From positions 149,792,001-149,856,000 of the forward strand of contig OX597817.1 in assembly GCA_951406725.2 (NCBI GenBank): a stretch of DNA of 64,000 nucleotides, read 5' to 3'. Under the pieces are notes generated by a model. It saw nothing but the letters and a program-made list of their open reading frames with translations. It was not told where the DNA came from and searched no databases. Source of the DNA: Octopus vulgaris. Lineage: Eukaryota. A program made the position numbers and the translations under genes. Every line of letters starts with the position of its first letter. The first letter of the stretch is position 1. Shown here one piece after another: positions 39,437-54,060 of this stretch.

Positions 39437-42400
39437 GTTGGAATTTTCCAATTCCGATTTCACATAATGTAGAATTATGGAAAATATCCATAATTGCTTC
39501 AATTTCCTGAACTTTCATGAACCTTTACTGCTGTTTAGTATTAAACAGATAAATAAGTATTGTCTCCTCCATTTTCTTTCTTGTCCTGTCTTTTTCAATA
39601 AATAAAAGTGATCGCTTTAAGTTTGTATTCATTCATAGGAAATTTCAAAGGTCAGTTCATGAATATAACTAAAATTAATTGTGTATAATTTTATTTTATT
39701 TTCCTATTTGCCAACAGAGAAAATAGATTTCTCTGGGTTTGACTCTTATTATAAAGCAACATTAAATTCACAATAAGTGATTTGAGAATTCAGGTTAAAT
39801 AGAAAAATCAAACATGGAATATTCAAGATATATTAATTCACAGCAGCTTATAAGACTGTGTTTGTGAAAATGTACATCGACAAGTCAATTAGATAATTTT
39901 ATGTAGTAGAAATGTAATGGGGAATGTACATTGATATTTTTCCTGTCAATTGAATTAAACTGTGCTATAAAGTGAAATTTATGAAAACAAATAAATGGTT
40001 ATCGTACGAACAAAAGCCAGTTAGATGTATTTATATCTACAGGTGGAGAATCTGTAGAGGCTATGCCGAGTAGAATTTTAAAATGCTACTAAAATAAGAG
40101 CTGATGCATAATTGCTACAAGGATAAAAAAAAAATGAGGAACAAAGAGAAAGCGACTTGCTTGCATCGAGCGAATGACATTTAGTGAGAAATAGAGGAAC
40201 AAACAGATTATTCTGTGCCTTAATTGGATAATTAATTCCACAGATTACGCGTCTCTGATTGGTCAAAACAACATTCTGTGACAAAGGTAAGTTAAAATAT
40301 CGACAGTCAAAATGACATCGCTACAAATTTGATAAATGACTGGCTGAACTTTTCATTCTGAACTATTTATTGTTTTTTTAACCCTAGGTTCTACTCTAAC
40401 CAAGCCGATTACCGCCTTCGGTCCGTACGATAAACCCGTATTTTATTTTTGTTGGCAACAGCAGTAGGAAGAAGAGTTGTTATTGTTATTGTATACATTA
40501 TTGCTTTAGTTGTTACTATTATAATGTTATATTTTTTAATGATTTCACTTCAAAAAGGGGAGATCGATTTCGTGACGAGGGCTACCTTCCATATCATTCC
40601 TGATCGCACAGATCTTTGATAAGCCGTGACAAATCTGTCTTTTATTTTATAGTTGTAGTAACAATGATAGTTGTTGTACCTCGATAACCAATAACTATCG
40701 GCCCCTCTGGTGAGGGCCCTCTCAACAGCGAAGGAACGTAATGAAAGGGATTTTCAAGTTAAAATGTTCGAATAGAAACCTTGGATACTTAATCATTCAA
40801 TTTCAAGACATCAGGCTACGGTTTATCTATTCTTCGAATTCTTTCCCTCCATCATGGTCCCTACGACATCGGTGTGGAGTTCCATTGGACCCCTACTCTC
40901 CCGTCTTGTTTTCGAGACCGCTTTCCTCTTTTAGATGTTACACTTTAATCAATTACGTAAAACATCGATGTAATTAACCCCATCAAGGTTTGCTTTTCTT
41001 TTTATGCCTAAAGATCAAGAATTATTTTTTGATCCCTAAGATGATATACATTCTTGCGGACAGTCTCTTATTTAGTTTCTTATAGTCAGGGCAACATTTT
41101 GATGATTTAATTTATTTATAAAAAAACTGGAAAGTTTGATCAGTGCAGTAGTGGCTGTGTGGTAAGTAGCTTGCTTATGAACCACATGGAGTGGTTCGAA
41201 CCACATGGTTCTGGGTTCAGTCTCACTGCGTGGCACCTTGGGCAAGTGTCTTTTACTATAGCCTCGGGCCGACCAATGCCTTGTGAGTGGATGTGGTAGA
41301 CGGAAACTGAAAGAAGCCCGTTGTATGTATATATATATATGTATGTGTGTGTATATGTTTGTGCGTCTGTGTTTGTACCCCCAACATATATGCATATATG
41401 TATGTGTGTGAGTGTGTGTGTCTGTGTCTGTGTTTGTCCCCCTAACATAGCTTGACAACCGATGCTGGTGTGTTTACGTCCTCGTAACTTAGCGGTTCGG
41501 CAAAAGAGACTGATAGAGTAAGGCTTACAAAGAATAAGTCCTGGGGTCGATTTACTCAACTAAAGGCGGAGCTCCAGCATGGCCACAGTCAAATGACTGA
41601 AACAAGAAAAAGAGTAAAATAATGTGATATTTGAACCCGAATCCTTTGATTAGTCTGCATAGCACAAATGTTGCAGGAGTCTAGGTTTACGCAAATGCTC
41701 ATCTCTCTTTCTCGCTTGTTTCATTTCTTCCGTTCATATTTGTGCCGTTTTGGAGACAACAACCTCTCCCCTTCAACTAGAACTGGCTCTGACAAGTTGG
41801 AGAATGAAACTCTGCAACTGTTGAATGATCTTGTTATGGGTCCCAAAGCAGGATAATTCAACGTAAGGTGGCGAGCTGGAAGAAACGTTAGCACGCCGGG
41901 CGAAATGCTCAACAGTATTTCGTCTGTCGCTACGTTCTGAGTTCAAATTCCGCCGAGATCGACTTTGCCTTTCATCCTTTCGGGGTCGGTTAAATAAGTA
42001 CCAATAATCGACTTAATACCTTTGTCTATCCTTGTTTGTCCCCTCTATGTCTAGCCCCCTTCCATCGCTCTTAGAATCGGAGTCAATGTATAGAAGAATA
42101 AAGCGTTCCGTTCTGATGAAAGGCGAAGTTTCAGATATTATCATGTAAACTGAATGCAGGCCACTTCGTCAGTCGCAACTGAGATAAATTTAACTACAAA
42201 ATAAGCCCTAGATACAGTAAATACCCAATCAATTCTAAAACCAGTGGCATTGTCCAATGGTGATGAAAAGCAATATAATGGACTTTACTCTTGGGTTAAA
42301 AGTAAATGCCTTATATGGGACGTCACTGCCAGTGACTCTTTTGCTTCATCACGCACACTCAATGCAGTGGGAGAGATGGAGGCTACTGCATCCGTAGCTG

Positions 42401-42492
42401 AACGGGAAAAGATCTTAAGATATTTAAGTATGTTGTTCTTCTTAAAGGGCATTTACAAAAATGTTAAAATCGTTTCAAAATGATAATGTTAG

Positions 42493-43342
<850 letters not shown>

Positions 43343-43350
43343 TATATGTA

Positions 43351-43574
43351 TATAATTAAGAGAAATAACCTTTATTAAGTAATTCAATAGTGAAAGACAT
43401 TATCTATATTATATGGAAAAAAATTTAAATATACTGTGACAAATATTATTCAAAAAATTTAATTTAGTGATTTTTTTTAATAATATTTATTTTAGTATAT
43501 TTAATTTTTTTTAAAAATAATATAGATGTCTTTCACTATTGAATTACTTAACAGGGGCTATTTCTCTTAATTAT
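43351..43574. repeat. AT-rich imperfect palindrome (fold-back)
   Basis: TAATTAAGAGAAATA…AAGTAATTCAATAGTGAAAGACAT pairs with ATGTCTTTCACTATTGAATTACTT…TATTTCTCTTAATTA. Confidence 0.8.
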
Positions 43575-43995
43575 GTGTGTGTTTGTGTGTGTATGTGTGT
43601 GTGTGTGTGTGTGTCTGTGTGTGTGTGTGTGGAGAGAGAGAGAGAGCACCGGGTTCACAATTCTGAGATACTGAGTTCGATTCCCGGATCTGGCTGTGTG
43701 TTGCATTTTTGAGCAAGACACTTCAGTTCACGTTGCTCCAGTCCACTCAGCTATAGAAATGAGTTGCAACGTCATTGGTTCCAAGCTCTATTGGCCTTTG
43801 TCTGTCTCTTGGATAACATCGATGGCGTGAAGAGGAGAGACTGGTATGCATGAGAAACTACTGGTATTCCACAAAACAACTTTGTTCAGACTCGTACCTA
43901 AGAGAGGAACTTTCTAGGTGCACTCCCATGGTCATCCATGGCCAAAGTATTCTCCATTTGAAACAATGGATCGGTCCAGGTGCGTTTTCGAAGCA

Positions 43996-44050
<55 letters not shown>

Positions 44051-44220
44051 AAAAAGGAGATGTGGAACACGAGTTGTGATATATAAAGAAGGAAATGAAG
44101 AAAATGCTGACAAAATAATTTAAGTAATTTAATTAGGTGAAAGTTCTTTTTACCGGTTGCGCATTTGTTATGCTTATCAAAAGATGTTTTTTTAAGAGAG
44201 ATAGAGTTCCTTTCTGATAG

Positions 44221-44267
<47 letters not shown>

Positions 44268-44287
44268 TGCTTCGAAAACGCACCTGG

Positions 44288-44343
<56 letters not shown>

Positions 44344-44488
44344 TTTATGCTCATCTACGAGAAACGTTTTTGAGTAGGCATAAAAAGTTCCTATTTTATT
44401 ATGCTGGCTATAAAACCCAATGATACCAACATGCAATAGCAGCTTTATGGGGTTGTGCCGGTCTGTGCCGATATAGTGCAGGATGAAA

Positions 44489-44539
<51 letters not shown>

Positions 44540-44547
<8 letters not shown>

Positions 44548-44885
44548 CCTTGGATGGAATTTATAAATATTTTAATGCATCGCTACGCGCGTTTCCACAA
44601 ATCACATGTTTCTTACGATCATAATACGTATTCCTGAGATAATTACAGTACAGTTTGTAGTATCCATGGCATCGGGTGGATCATAGATAATGTGTTCATT
44701 TCATATCGCTGGATGAAATGAACACATGAAATATGATCCATCCGATGTCCATGAATACCACGGACAATATTATAATCATCCCAGGAATACGGACTATGAT
44801 CGTAAGAAACATGTGATTTGTGGAAACGCGCGTAACAATGCGTCAAAATATTTACAAATTCCATCCATGGATTATTATTATTATT
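44540..44885. mobile_element. ~340-bp fully palindromic fold-back/MITE between (AAT)n and (ATT)n
   Basis: The arms pair along their length to a centre near 44708; ORFs 44455(+) and 44643(-) share NNNNPWMEF.NIL.H.YARFHKSHVSYDH. Confidence 0.8.
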
Positions 44886-45095
44886 CGGCGAGCTGGCAGA
44901 ATTGTTAATACAGTGGTCAGAATGCTGAGCTGCATTTCGTCTGTCCTTACGTTCTGAATTCAAATTCCGCTTAGATCGACTTTGCCTTTAATCCTTTCAG
45001 GAATGAGAAATTAAGTGCCAGTGGAATACTGGGTTCGATGTAATTGACTCATCCCCCTCCCCCACAAGCTGCTCTTGAAGCAAAATTTGAAACCA

Positions 45096-45151
<56 letters not shown>

Positions 45152-45347
45152 ATTTGTGTGTATGTGTATGTGTGTATGTGTCTATATATATGTATATACT
45201 CCAGCACGAACGGAGCACATAAGGCTGGTGGGAGAGTGTGTGTGTTTGTGTTTGAGTGTATGTGTGAGAATGTGGGGGTGAGTGTTTGTGTGTCTATAAA
45301 TATATAAATATATATATACTCCAACACGAACAAAGCACATAAGGCAG

Positions 45348-45378
<31 letters not shown>

Positions 45379-45444
45379 TGAGTGAATGTGTGGGGAGTAT
45401 GAATGTGTGTGTATGTGTGTGTGTGTGCATATTTGTGTATGCAC

Positions 45445-46730
45445 GTGGAGATGCCAAAAAGTGGCCTGAAACGTTCTCTGTGAGACAAGGCTGTGGTAGT
45501 TCAGGTTTCCGCCGCTTGAAGTCACTTGATGCGACCTTCAGGCAGCAGTCTGCTGACCGGCGTTGTCAGTAGTGTCATACTACCACGTAATGAGTCTTTG
45601 TTTTGCCGTGCTTCTTCCTGTTCGTCAATTTTTGCGATAGTTGAAACGAAGGAACAGAATGCTTCCTTGAAATTCTGTTTTCTGCCGGAGAAAACGGCCA
45701 CCAAAACAGTTGTCATGCTATGAACAAAATACAAATTTACGAGGGGCTTCCAACGCTTTAGGACTGGTCCCATGTCGCTTGAAGACCAACCTCATTCAGA
45801 ACGACCGTCGACCTCCCGAACGAATGGAAACTCTTTTTTTTTTTACTTGTTTGAGTCATTTGACTGCGGTCATGCTGGAGCACCACATTTAGTCAAGCAA
45901 ATCGACCCCCAGGACTTCTTCTTTGTAAGCCTAGTACTTATTCTAAGTGACGGGGACGTAAACACACCAGCATCAGTTGTCAAGCGATGTTGGGGGAACA
46001 AACACAGACACACAAACATACACACACATACATATATATATATATATAGATAGATAGATAGATAGATAGATACATACATACATACATACATACATACATA
46101 CATACATACATACATACATACATACATACATACATACGACAGGCTTTTTTCAGTTTCCGTCTACCAAATCCACTCACAAGACTTTGGTCGGCCCGAGGCT
46201 ATAGTAGAAGACACTTGCCCAAAATCCACGCAGTGGGACTGAACCCGGAACCATGTGGTTGGTAAGCAAGCTACTTACCACACAGCCAATCCCTACGCCT
46301 ATGAAAATTTATAGACTGATCTTGGAGGACCGTCACTGAACAATTGACGAACTTGTTGGTATGACTGGTGTGTCCTGGAGCTCCTGGCGACGAATTTTGA
46401 GCGAGAAATTGCGAATGAAATGAGTTACAGCAAAATATGGGCCTCGATTGCTCACGGAAGATCAAAAGCACGACTGAAAGCGGGTCGTGAACTGAAAGAA
46501 CAATTAGAATTTGCAGATGTGGAAGAGGTGAAGAAAAAAATGATGGAGGCGTTAAAAGGCATCACTTCACAAGAGTTCCAGCGCTGCTCCCAACAGTGGA
46601 AAAAGCATCTGGATTGATGCATTGCTTCAAAGGGAGAACACTTTGAAGGGGATGAAAGTGTAAACATGTAAAAAAATAAGTGAATAAAATATTGCAAAAT
46701 TCCGGTTTCTTTTGGGTACTACCACCTCTG
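45445..46730 (+). mobile_element. Decayed mariner (Tc1/mariner) transposon, internally deleted and split by a SINE B
   Basis: KEQNASLKFCFL..KTATKTVVML, SLEDQPHSERPSTSRT, and C-terminal FADVEEVKKKMMEALKGI…FQRCSQQWKKHLD*CIASKGEHFEGD. Confidence 0.8.
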
Positions 46731-48000
46731 TGTGTATGGGTGTGTGAATGTCTGTGTGTGTGCGAGTGCGTGTGTGTGTGTGTGTACGTGATTTGTATGG
46801 ATGTGCATGGGAACATATATGTGTACAGTAATCACTCGCCATATCACGGTTCACCTATCCCTCCTTCAGTACATCGCGGATTTTTCTGGCTAATATATGC
46901 AAATTTATATCGCGAGCACCACAGTATATCGCGGGTTTCTGCGGCCGATAGGTATTTATTTTTTTTTTAGATTTTAATTATTTCTGAGGTACAATAAGCA
47001 TTTTTCACGCCTAAAAATTAATAAATTAATAAATAAAAATACAGTATTGCACTGTATACACATGAATTAGAATATATTAAAAGAAAATACGTAGTTTGCC
47101 ATTGATAAGTAAAAAAAGGAATCGCACATACTATATGGAAAACGAAAACTCGGGAGGTGTGTGGTGTTGTTTTGTATTTGAGTGGCTCTGTGGTAAGTAG
47201 CTTGCTTACCAACCACATGGTTCCGGGTTCAGTCCCACTGCGTGGCACCTTGGGCAAGTGTCTTCAACCATAGCCTCGGCCTGACCAAAGCCTTGTGAGT
47301 GGATTTGATAGATGGAAACTGAAAGAAGCCCGTCGTATATATGTGCGTGCGCGTGTGTGTGTGTGTGTGTGTTTGTTTGTGTGTCTGTGTTCGTCCCCCA
47401 ACATTGCTTGACAACCGATGCTGGTGTGTTTATGTCCCCGTAACTTAGCGGTTCGGCAAAAGAGACCAATAGAGTAAGTATTACGCTTACAAAGAATAAG
47501 TCCTGGGATCGATTTGCTCGACTAAAGGCGGTGCTCCAGCATGGCCACAGTCAAATGACTGAAACAAGTAACAGAGTATATACAAATTATAAAAATAATT
47601 TTTAAAATATACAGAACAGTACAGTTTCTACTTCACGGATCTTCACCTATCGCGGCGAGGCGAGGCTTATAGTTTTGGATGTGCACGAGCATTCTCACAT
47701 ACGATAATTAAAGAATCAATTAATCCATGGTGAATGTAGTTCGTTACAAAAGTCCAGGGTTAATGTAAGGGAAACAACAATTACATTTTTCTTATAAGTT
47801 TCCTCCCATGATATGTAATTTTTCTTTCCATTTTTTTCCGAAATTCCGACAGCCTTGTGTAATTTCGTGTATTCTCTTGCAAAACGGATATGAGTACTAA
47901 CGTTCCAATGTAGTAGGCATTAAACCACTTTATATTCGAAAACAATATATATATATACACACACATATATACATATATACACATATACATATATACACAT

Positions 48001-48965
<965 letters not shown>

Positions 48966-49190
48966 AAGGGTGAAAAGGAACACACGAGTAAACAAGGGAG
49001 TCAGAGAAAGGCAGAATGCCACTTATATTTGAACACTACTATACAAATATTCCTTTAAAAAAACTTTTCTTCTAATTTTTCTAAATTTAATTATTTAATC
49101 GTTACAGTTGAAGAGGTCTCAAAATGACCGAAACCGGTACTGAAATGTTCTTTATAAAATTATTTTAGCATTTTCTATTTTGACTTGTTT

Positions 49191-49241
<51 letters not shown>

Positions 49242-49959
49242 ACAGGTAGTCGGTAGCGATTTTCTTCACTACTTCAGGGAGTGACGACCCTGCCTGACGC
49301 GAGTCCCGGGCTCAGCTGGCTCCGGCTGACAGTACACGGTATGGGCCCCTATCCAGGGTTACGGAAAGGGGACAACCTGCAAAGGAGTCCGGATTGGAGC
49401 CCCGTAGGCGGTTTAGTGTTCGACTCGACACTCTTCCAGCAGCTCCTGTAACCAAGCTGGTGCCAAACGTAATGCTCTGCACTCCTTTGGACTACGTCAG
49501 CAAGGTCGAGAGAGGAATCCTGACGATTGGGCTACCCAGGATTTTCTTATATCTAGCCTAGGCCTGCACAAGACTGGAGAGGACATGAAATGTAAAAACC
49601 AGACTGGATTAGTTTATACCCAACTCCATTGTCTCCCGAGTCAAAAGGATGCCAACAACAACAACAACAAATACATAACAAAAATCAGTGGAAGATTTAT
49701 AATAATTTAAAAAATAGAACATACATACATACATACATACACACACACATACATACATACGCACACACATACATAGATACACACATACATACATACATAC
49801 ATACATACATACATACATACACACACACACATACATACACACACACATACATACATACATTCATACACACACACACATGCATACATACATACATACATAC
49901 ATACATACATACATACATACATACATACATACATACATACATACATACATAATGCGGTA

Positions 49960-50148
49960 CTTACAGCTCTTGTGCTCTGAGTACAACTTCTCATTTGTAC
50001 CCATCACATGGGTGTATTATGCTACGCCTCTACAAATTTGCCCAAAATCTTAGAAATGCTAGGTTTTTCGAAGAAAGAGCAAAAGAAACTGGTGTGGATA
50101 AGCGGCACAGTGAAGATTTGTAAGACATTCCAAAGATTCTCCACCTGA
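49960..50148 (+). mobile_element. 3' end of an RLE-type non-LTR retrotransposon ORF
   Basis: LQLLCSEYNFSFVPI (frameshift) NLPKILEMLGFSKKEQKKLV.ISGTVKICKTFQRFST*; resembles C-termini of restriction-endonuclease LINEs. Confidence 0.55.
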
Positions 50149-50854
50149 TATTCTCCATGTGACAAGATGTAGTCCCTTGAGCGTGTATATTGACACCTCA
50201 ACCACACATCTACAAACACCGAGAACGCTTTTAACTCAATGTCTTGTTGCTTCGTTAGCGAACGGTTTAGCAACTCAAAAACAAATTACAAATATATTTA
50301 TATCACTTAATTAATTTTATTGTACCGTAATAAAGTAAATGTACGTATTGTTGTTAACTATATAAATGTTATAAATTTTTTACACTGATGTCCTTTAGAA
50401 CACACTGGCCATTGGTTTTGCTATCACCAACAAAGTTGGAATTGATATGGGAGGCAACTCTTGGAAAGTTATTTCCCTTCTTTAAAAAAAAAAAGCTTAA
50501 GACGATTTTCAGCGTATTCATTTTTACTACCACTTTCGTGTACATTTACTAATTGGTCTTAGTAGAGGTTACCTAATTACCTAAGGATCTGTAATTCTGA
50601 GATTCTCAGAAAAACAGAGGCAACAAAGTGAGTTTTGTTGCTGATATTCAGAGAAAGAAATGAATGGTGAAGAAAGAGCAGATCAACATTGGTGTAGATA
50701 CATATCAGAGTGAAATTAGAATATAGAGTATAGCTTTGACAGCAGGGATAAAGGAGAGGAATAGGATGTGTAGCTTATGTCTTAGTAGGTGATCATCATC
50801 ATTTAACATCAGTTATTTACATTGGATGGATAGTTTGTTGTTACCACACCATCG

Positions 50855-51330
50855 GGTGTCCTTTATTTGACTAATGGGGTACTCTATTCTCATTCCTAAG
50901 GAATTTTTTGCTGATGTTATTATTATAACCACACGTCGAGCAAAAGCTCGCTCGATCTTGATTTTCAGTACAAATACATTCGATTGAACCCAGAATCTTT
51001 CGGTTAGTAGCCTTCACTCTTAACCACTATGCTGTATGCCCATGGGCAATTATGGAGTGAATTTTAGGGCTTATAAACCTATTATTTTTGTATCTTTCCT
51101 TAATACCTGTTCCTATATTCTACTCATATCTGATCAAAAAATATCTTAGGAATGAGAACAGAGTACTCCATTAGTCAAATAAAGGGTGGGGTTCAAAATT
51201 CCACTAGGTCACCTGATGAAGGCTGGTGAGTACATCAGCCAAAATGTTGTGGTAACAACATACAAGATGAGGACACATCTATCCAACGTAAATAATGTAA
51301 ATAATTCCTCATCTCTAAAATATAGAACAG
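50855..51330 (+). mobile_element. Non-autonomous element with inverted repeat, tRNA-like segment and decayed hammerhead
   Basis: 50860-50900 is inverted to 51145-51185; CTGATGAAGGCTG…CAGCCAAAATGTTG at ~51213-51249. Confidence 0.55.
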
Positions 51331-52316
51331 TATTTAACATCCGTTTTCCATGCTGGCATGGGTTGGACAGTTTGAAAGGAACTGGCAAGCTGGAGGGATG
51401 CACCAGGCTCTAGTCTTCTGTTTTGGTTTGGTTTCTACAGCTGGATGACCTTCCTAATGCCAACCACTCTACAGAGTGTACAGGGTGCTTTTCATCTGGC
51501 ACCAGCATGGGAAGGCTGTTAATCAGAGCAAGAATTATCCAGTAGATTGCATGTCAGTTGTGCCTGATTTAATTTCATAAATCAAATTCGATGACTGGCA
51601 TCCGTGTGAGTGGAGTGCTAAGAGTACCATCCAAGTGTGATCGTTGCCAGGGCAATAAACTGGCTTCTGTGCTGGTGGCACATAAAAAGCACCATTCGAG
51701 CATGATCATTACCTGTCGCCTTACTGGCACTTGTGCTGGCAGCACATGAAAAAAACATTTGAGCAAAATCGTTGCCAGTGCTGCTGGACTGGCTCCTGTG
51801 CAGGTGGCACATAAACAGCACCATTTGAGCATGGCCATTGCCAGTACTGCCTGACTGGCCTTTGTGCTGGTGGCACATAGAAGCACTCACTACACTCTCG
51901 GAATGGTTGGCGTTGGGAAGGGCATCCAGCTGTAGAAACTCTGCCAGATCAGACTGGAGCCTGGTGCAGCCATCTGGTTCACCAGACCTCAGTCAAATTG
52001 TCCAACTCATGCTAGCATGGAAAGCAGACGTTAAACAATGATGTTGATGATGTTTACCGAAGATTCTGAAAGTGGAAGAGTACACCTAATGTGAGGTCTT
52101 GCAGTACTCTTAACTCTGCTAAAGACACCCAGAGGTTATGTATTGATACTAGTAGCAGTGGTGGGGAAACTAGGTACTGCGTTGAGCCCATCATCCCTCA
52201 GAAAATGGCCATCAACATTGTTGTTTAGCTCAGAATCACCTCTGATAAAACAGATATATTGAATGCAGGCAGTTTGTTGAATGACAAGGCAAACTACAGA
52301 GCAATGAACCTAGATA

Positions 52317-52852
52317 CGAGGGTGAGTCAAAAAATAATGCCATTGTGTTTAGAACAGGTATAATGACCAACACAGGAACATGTATCATACATCAAAATGA
52401 AGCTGGTCCTCTGTGGATCACATCCCTATTTCTCAACATAGTCACCGTTTCTCTCTCAATAGCAATGTTTCACCTTTGAATGAGAGCATGTACCGCTGCC
52501 CCGTAAAATTCTGTTGACTGTTCTTTGAGCCACTTCTTCACTAGTTTTCACTTAATCGTCACTGGAATAATGTTTGCTTCTCAAACCCTCTTTCATGGGA
52601 CCGAAGAGATGATAATCCAGTTGTGAGGAAGTGAAAACTGTAGTGAAGAACAGTCAACAAAATTTTATGGGGCAGGGATATATGTTCTAATTCAAAGGTG
52701 GAACATTGCTATTGAGTGAAACGGTGACTATGTTGAGAAGTAGGGATATGATCCACAGAGGATCAGCTTCATTTTGATGTATGATACATGTTCCTGTGTT
52801 GGTCATTATACCTGTTCTAAACACAATGGCATTACTTCTTGACTCACCCTCG
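52317..52852. mobile_element. Palindromic mariner-derived MITE (two inverted 3' ends), TA TSD
   Basis: TA|CGAGGGTGAGTCAA … TTGACTCACCCTCG|TA; ~230-bp arms encode decayed mariner C-terminus EQSTKFYGAGI.VLIQRWNIAIE.NGDYVEK*. Confidence 0.9.
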
Positions 52853-54060
52853 TATTTAATATCTCCATCCAGTTCAAAAGCAATGCACATTCCAACATGC
52901 AATGAGTAATTGTATGGAGTAGAGCGAGTGAGTCTGGACATGTTGTGCTCTCTCTATTGTCTACTTTATATCTGTGGATCTGTTGTTGCGGATTTTCAAT
53001 CAAAGTCAGCCTTAAATGTATGATCAAAAATATGCTAGTTGTGGCCATCCTATCTAAGATTATACTGTTCAATGTATCATAATCATCATTTAATGTCCGT
53101 TGTCCATGCTGGCATGGGTTGGACAGTTTGACCAGACTGGCACACTGGAAGGCAGTACCAGACTCCAGTCTGATTTGGCATGGTTTTCAACGGTTGGATG
53201 CCCTTCCTAACACCAACCACTCAGAGAGTGTAATGGGTACTTTTACGTGCCACCAGCACAGGTGCCAATTTGTGTGACACCAGTATCTACCACAACTGTG
53301 AATTTGCTCGGCTTGACGGGTCTTCTCAAGCACAAAATAATACCAAAAATCTCGGTCATTGCCTCCATGAGGCCCACCACTCAAAAAGATCACAACCACT
53401 TTGCCTCCGTGTATCCTTCTTTATCGAAGACAGTAATTTGGTTGCTACTTCTAGCAACCATTAGTGGCCACATAATCTTTTCTCTTTTTGCTTGTTACTT
53501 GTGTGGTATATTTTTGTTGTCAATGATTGGTTATATTTGATGTTCTCTGGTGTTGCTAGCAAGAAAAGAGTTCTTGCATTTGATGGCAGCTACATGGCCC
53601 CTTCAGCCCCTTCTATTTTGAAGCCAGGTTTTTGGGTGGTTCAGTAGAGTTGCAGTAATTGTGTAGCTGGAAATGTGAGACTGAAGGAGATTTTGCTGTC
53701 ATTTCTAGTAGGTCAAACAACAATATAGAGCTCTCCCTTTGGTTGCAGGAATAGTGTGTACTGTGGCGGTGAGAGATGAGCTTATATAGGCAGCTACATT
53801 GAAGGGGTTTACCATCTACATCAATACCCAACTTGATGATGGGTGCCACAAAAGTTGTGTATTTCAACAGAAATACTGTAACAAAAGGGTTAAACACAGA
53901 AATAAATAAATAAATAATTAAATAAAACAAGACATTTTTCATTGAAATATGGAACATTTATGAATATCTTGAAGTTCTTTCACCAACTAACAAACAGTAT
54001 CTCACTATGTACAAAAATGGATGAAGGCCTTCAATTCCAGTCGACTAACAAAAACTCATT

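Noticed and set aside
50022-50273. 83-aa minus-strand ORF as a gene downstream of OXA1L
   Set aside because: The plus strand of the same DNA reads better as a retrotransposon C-terminus.
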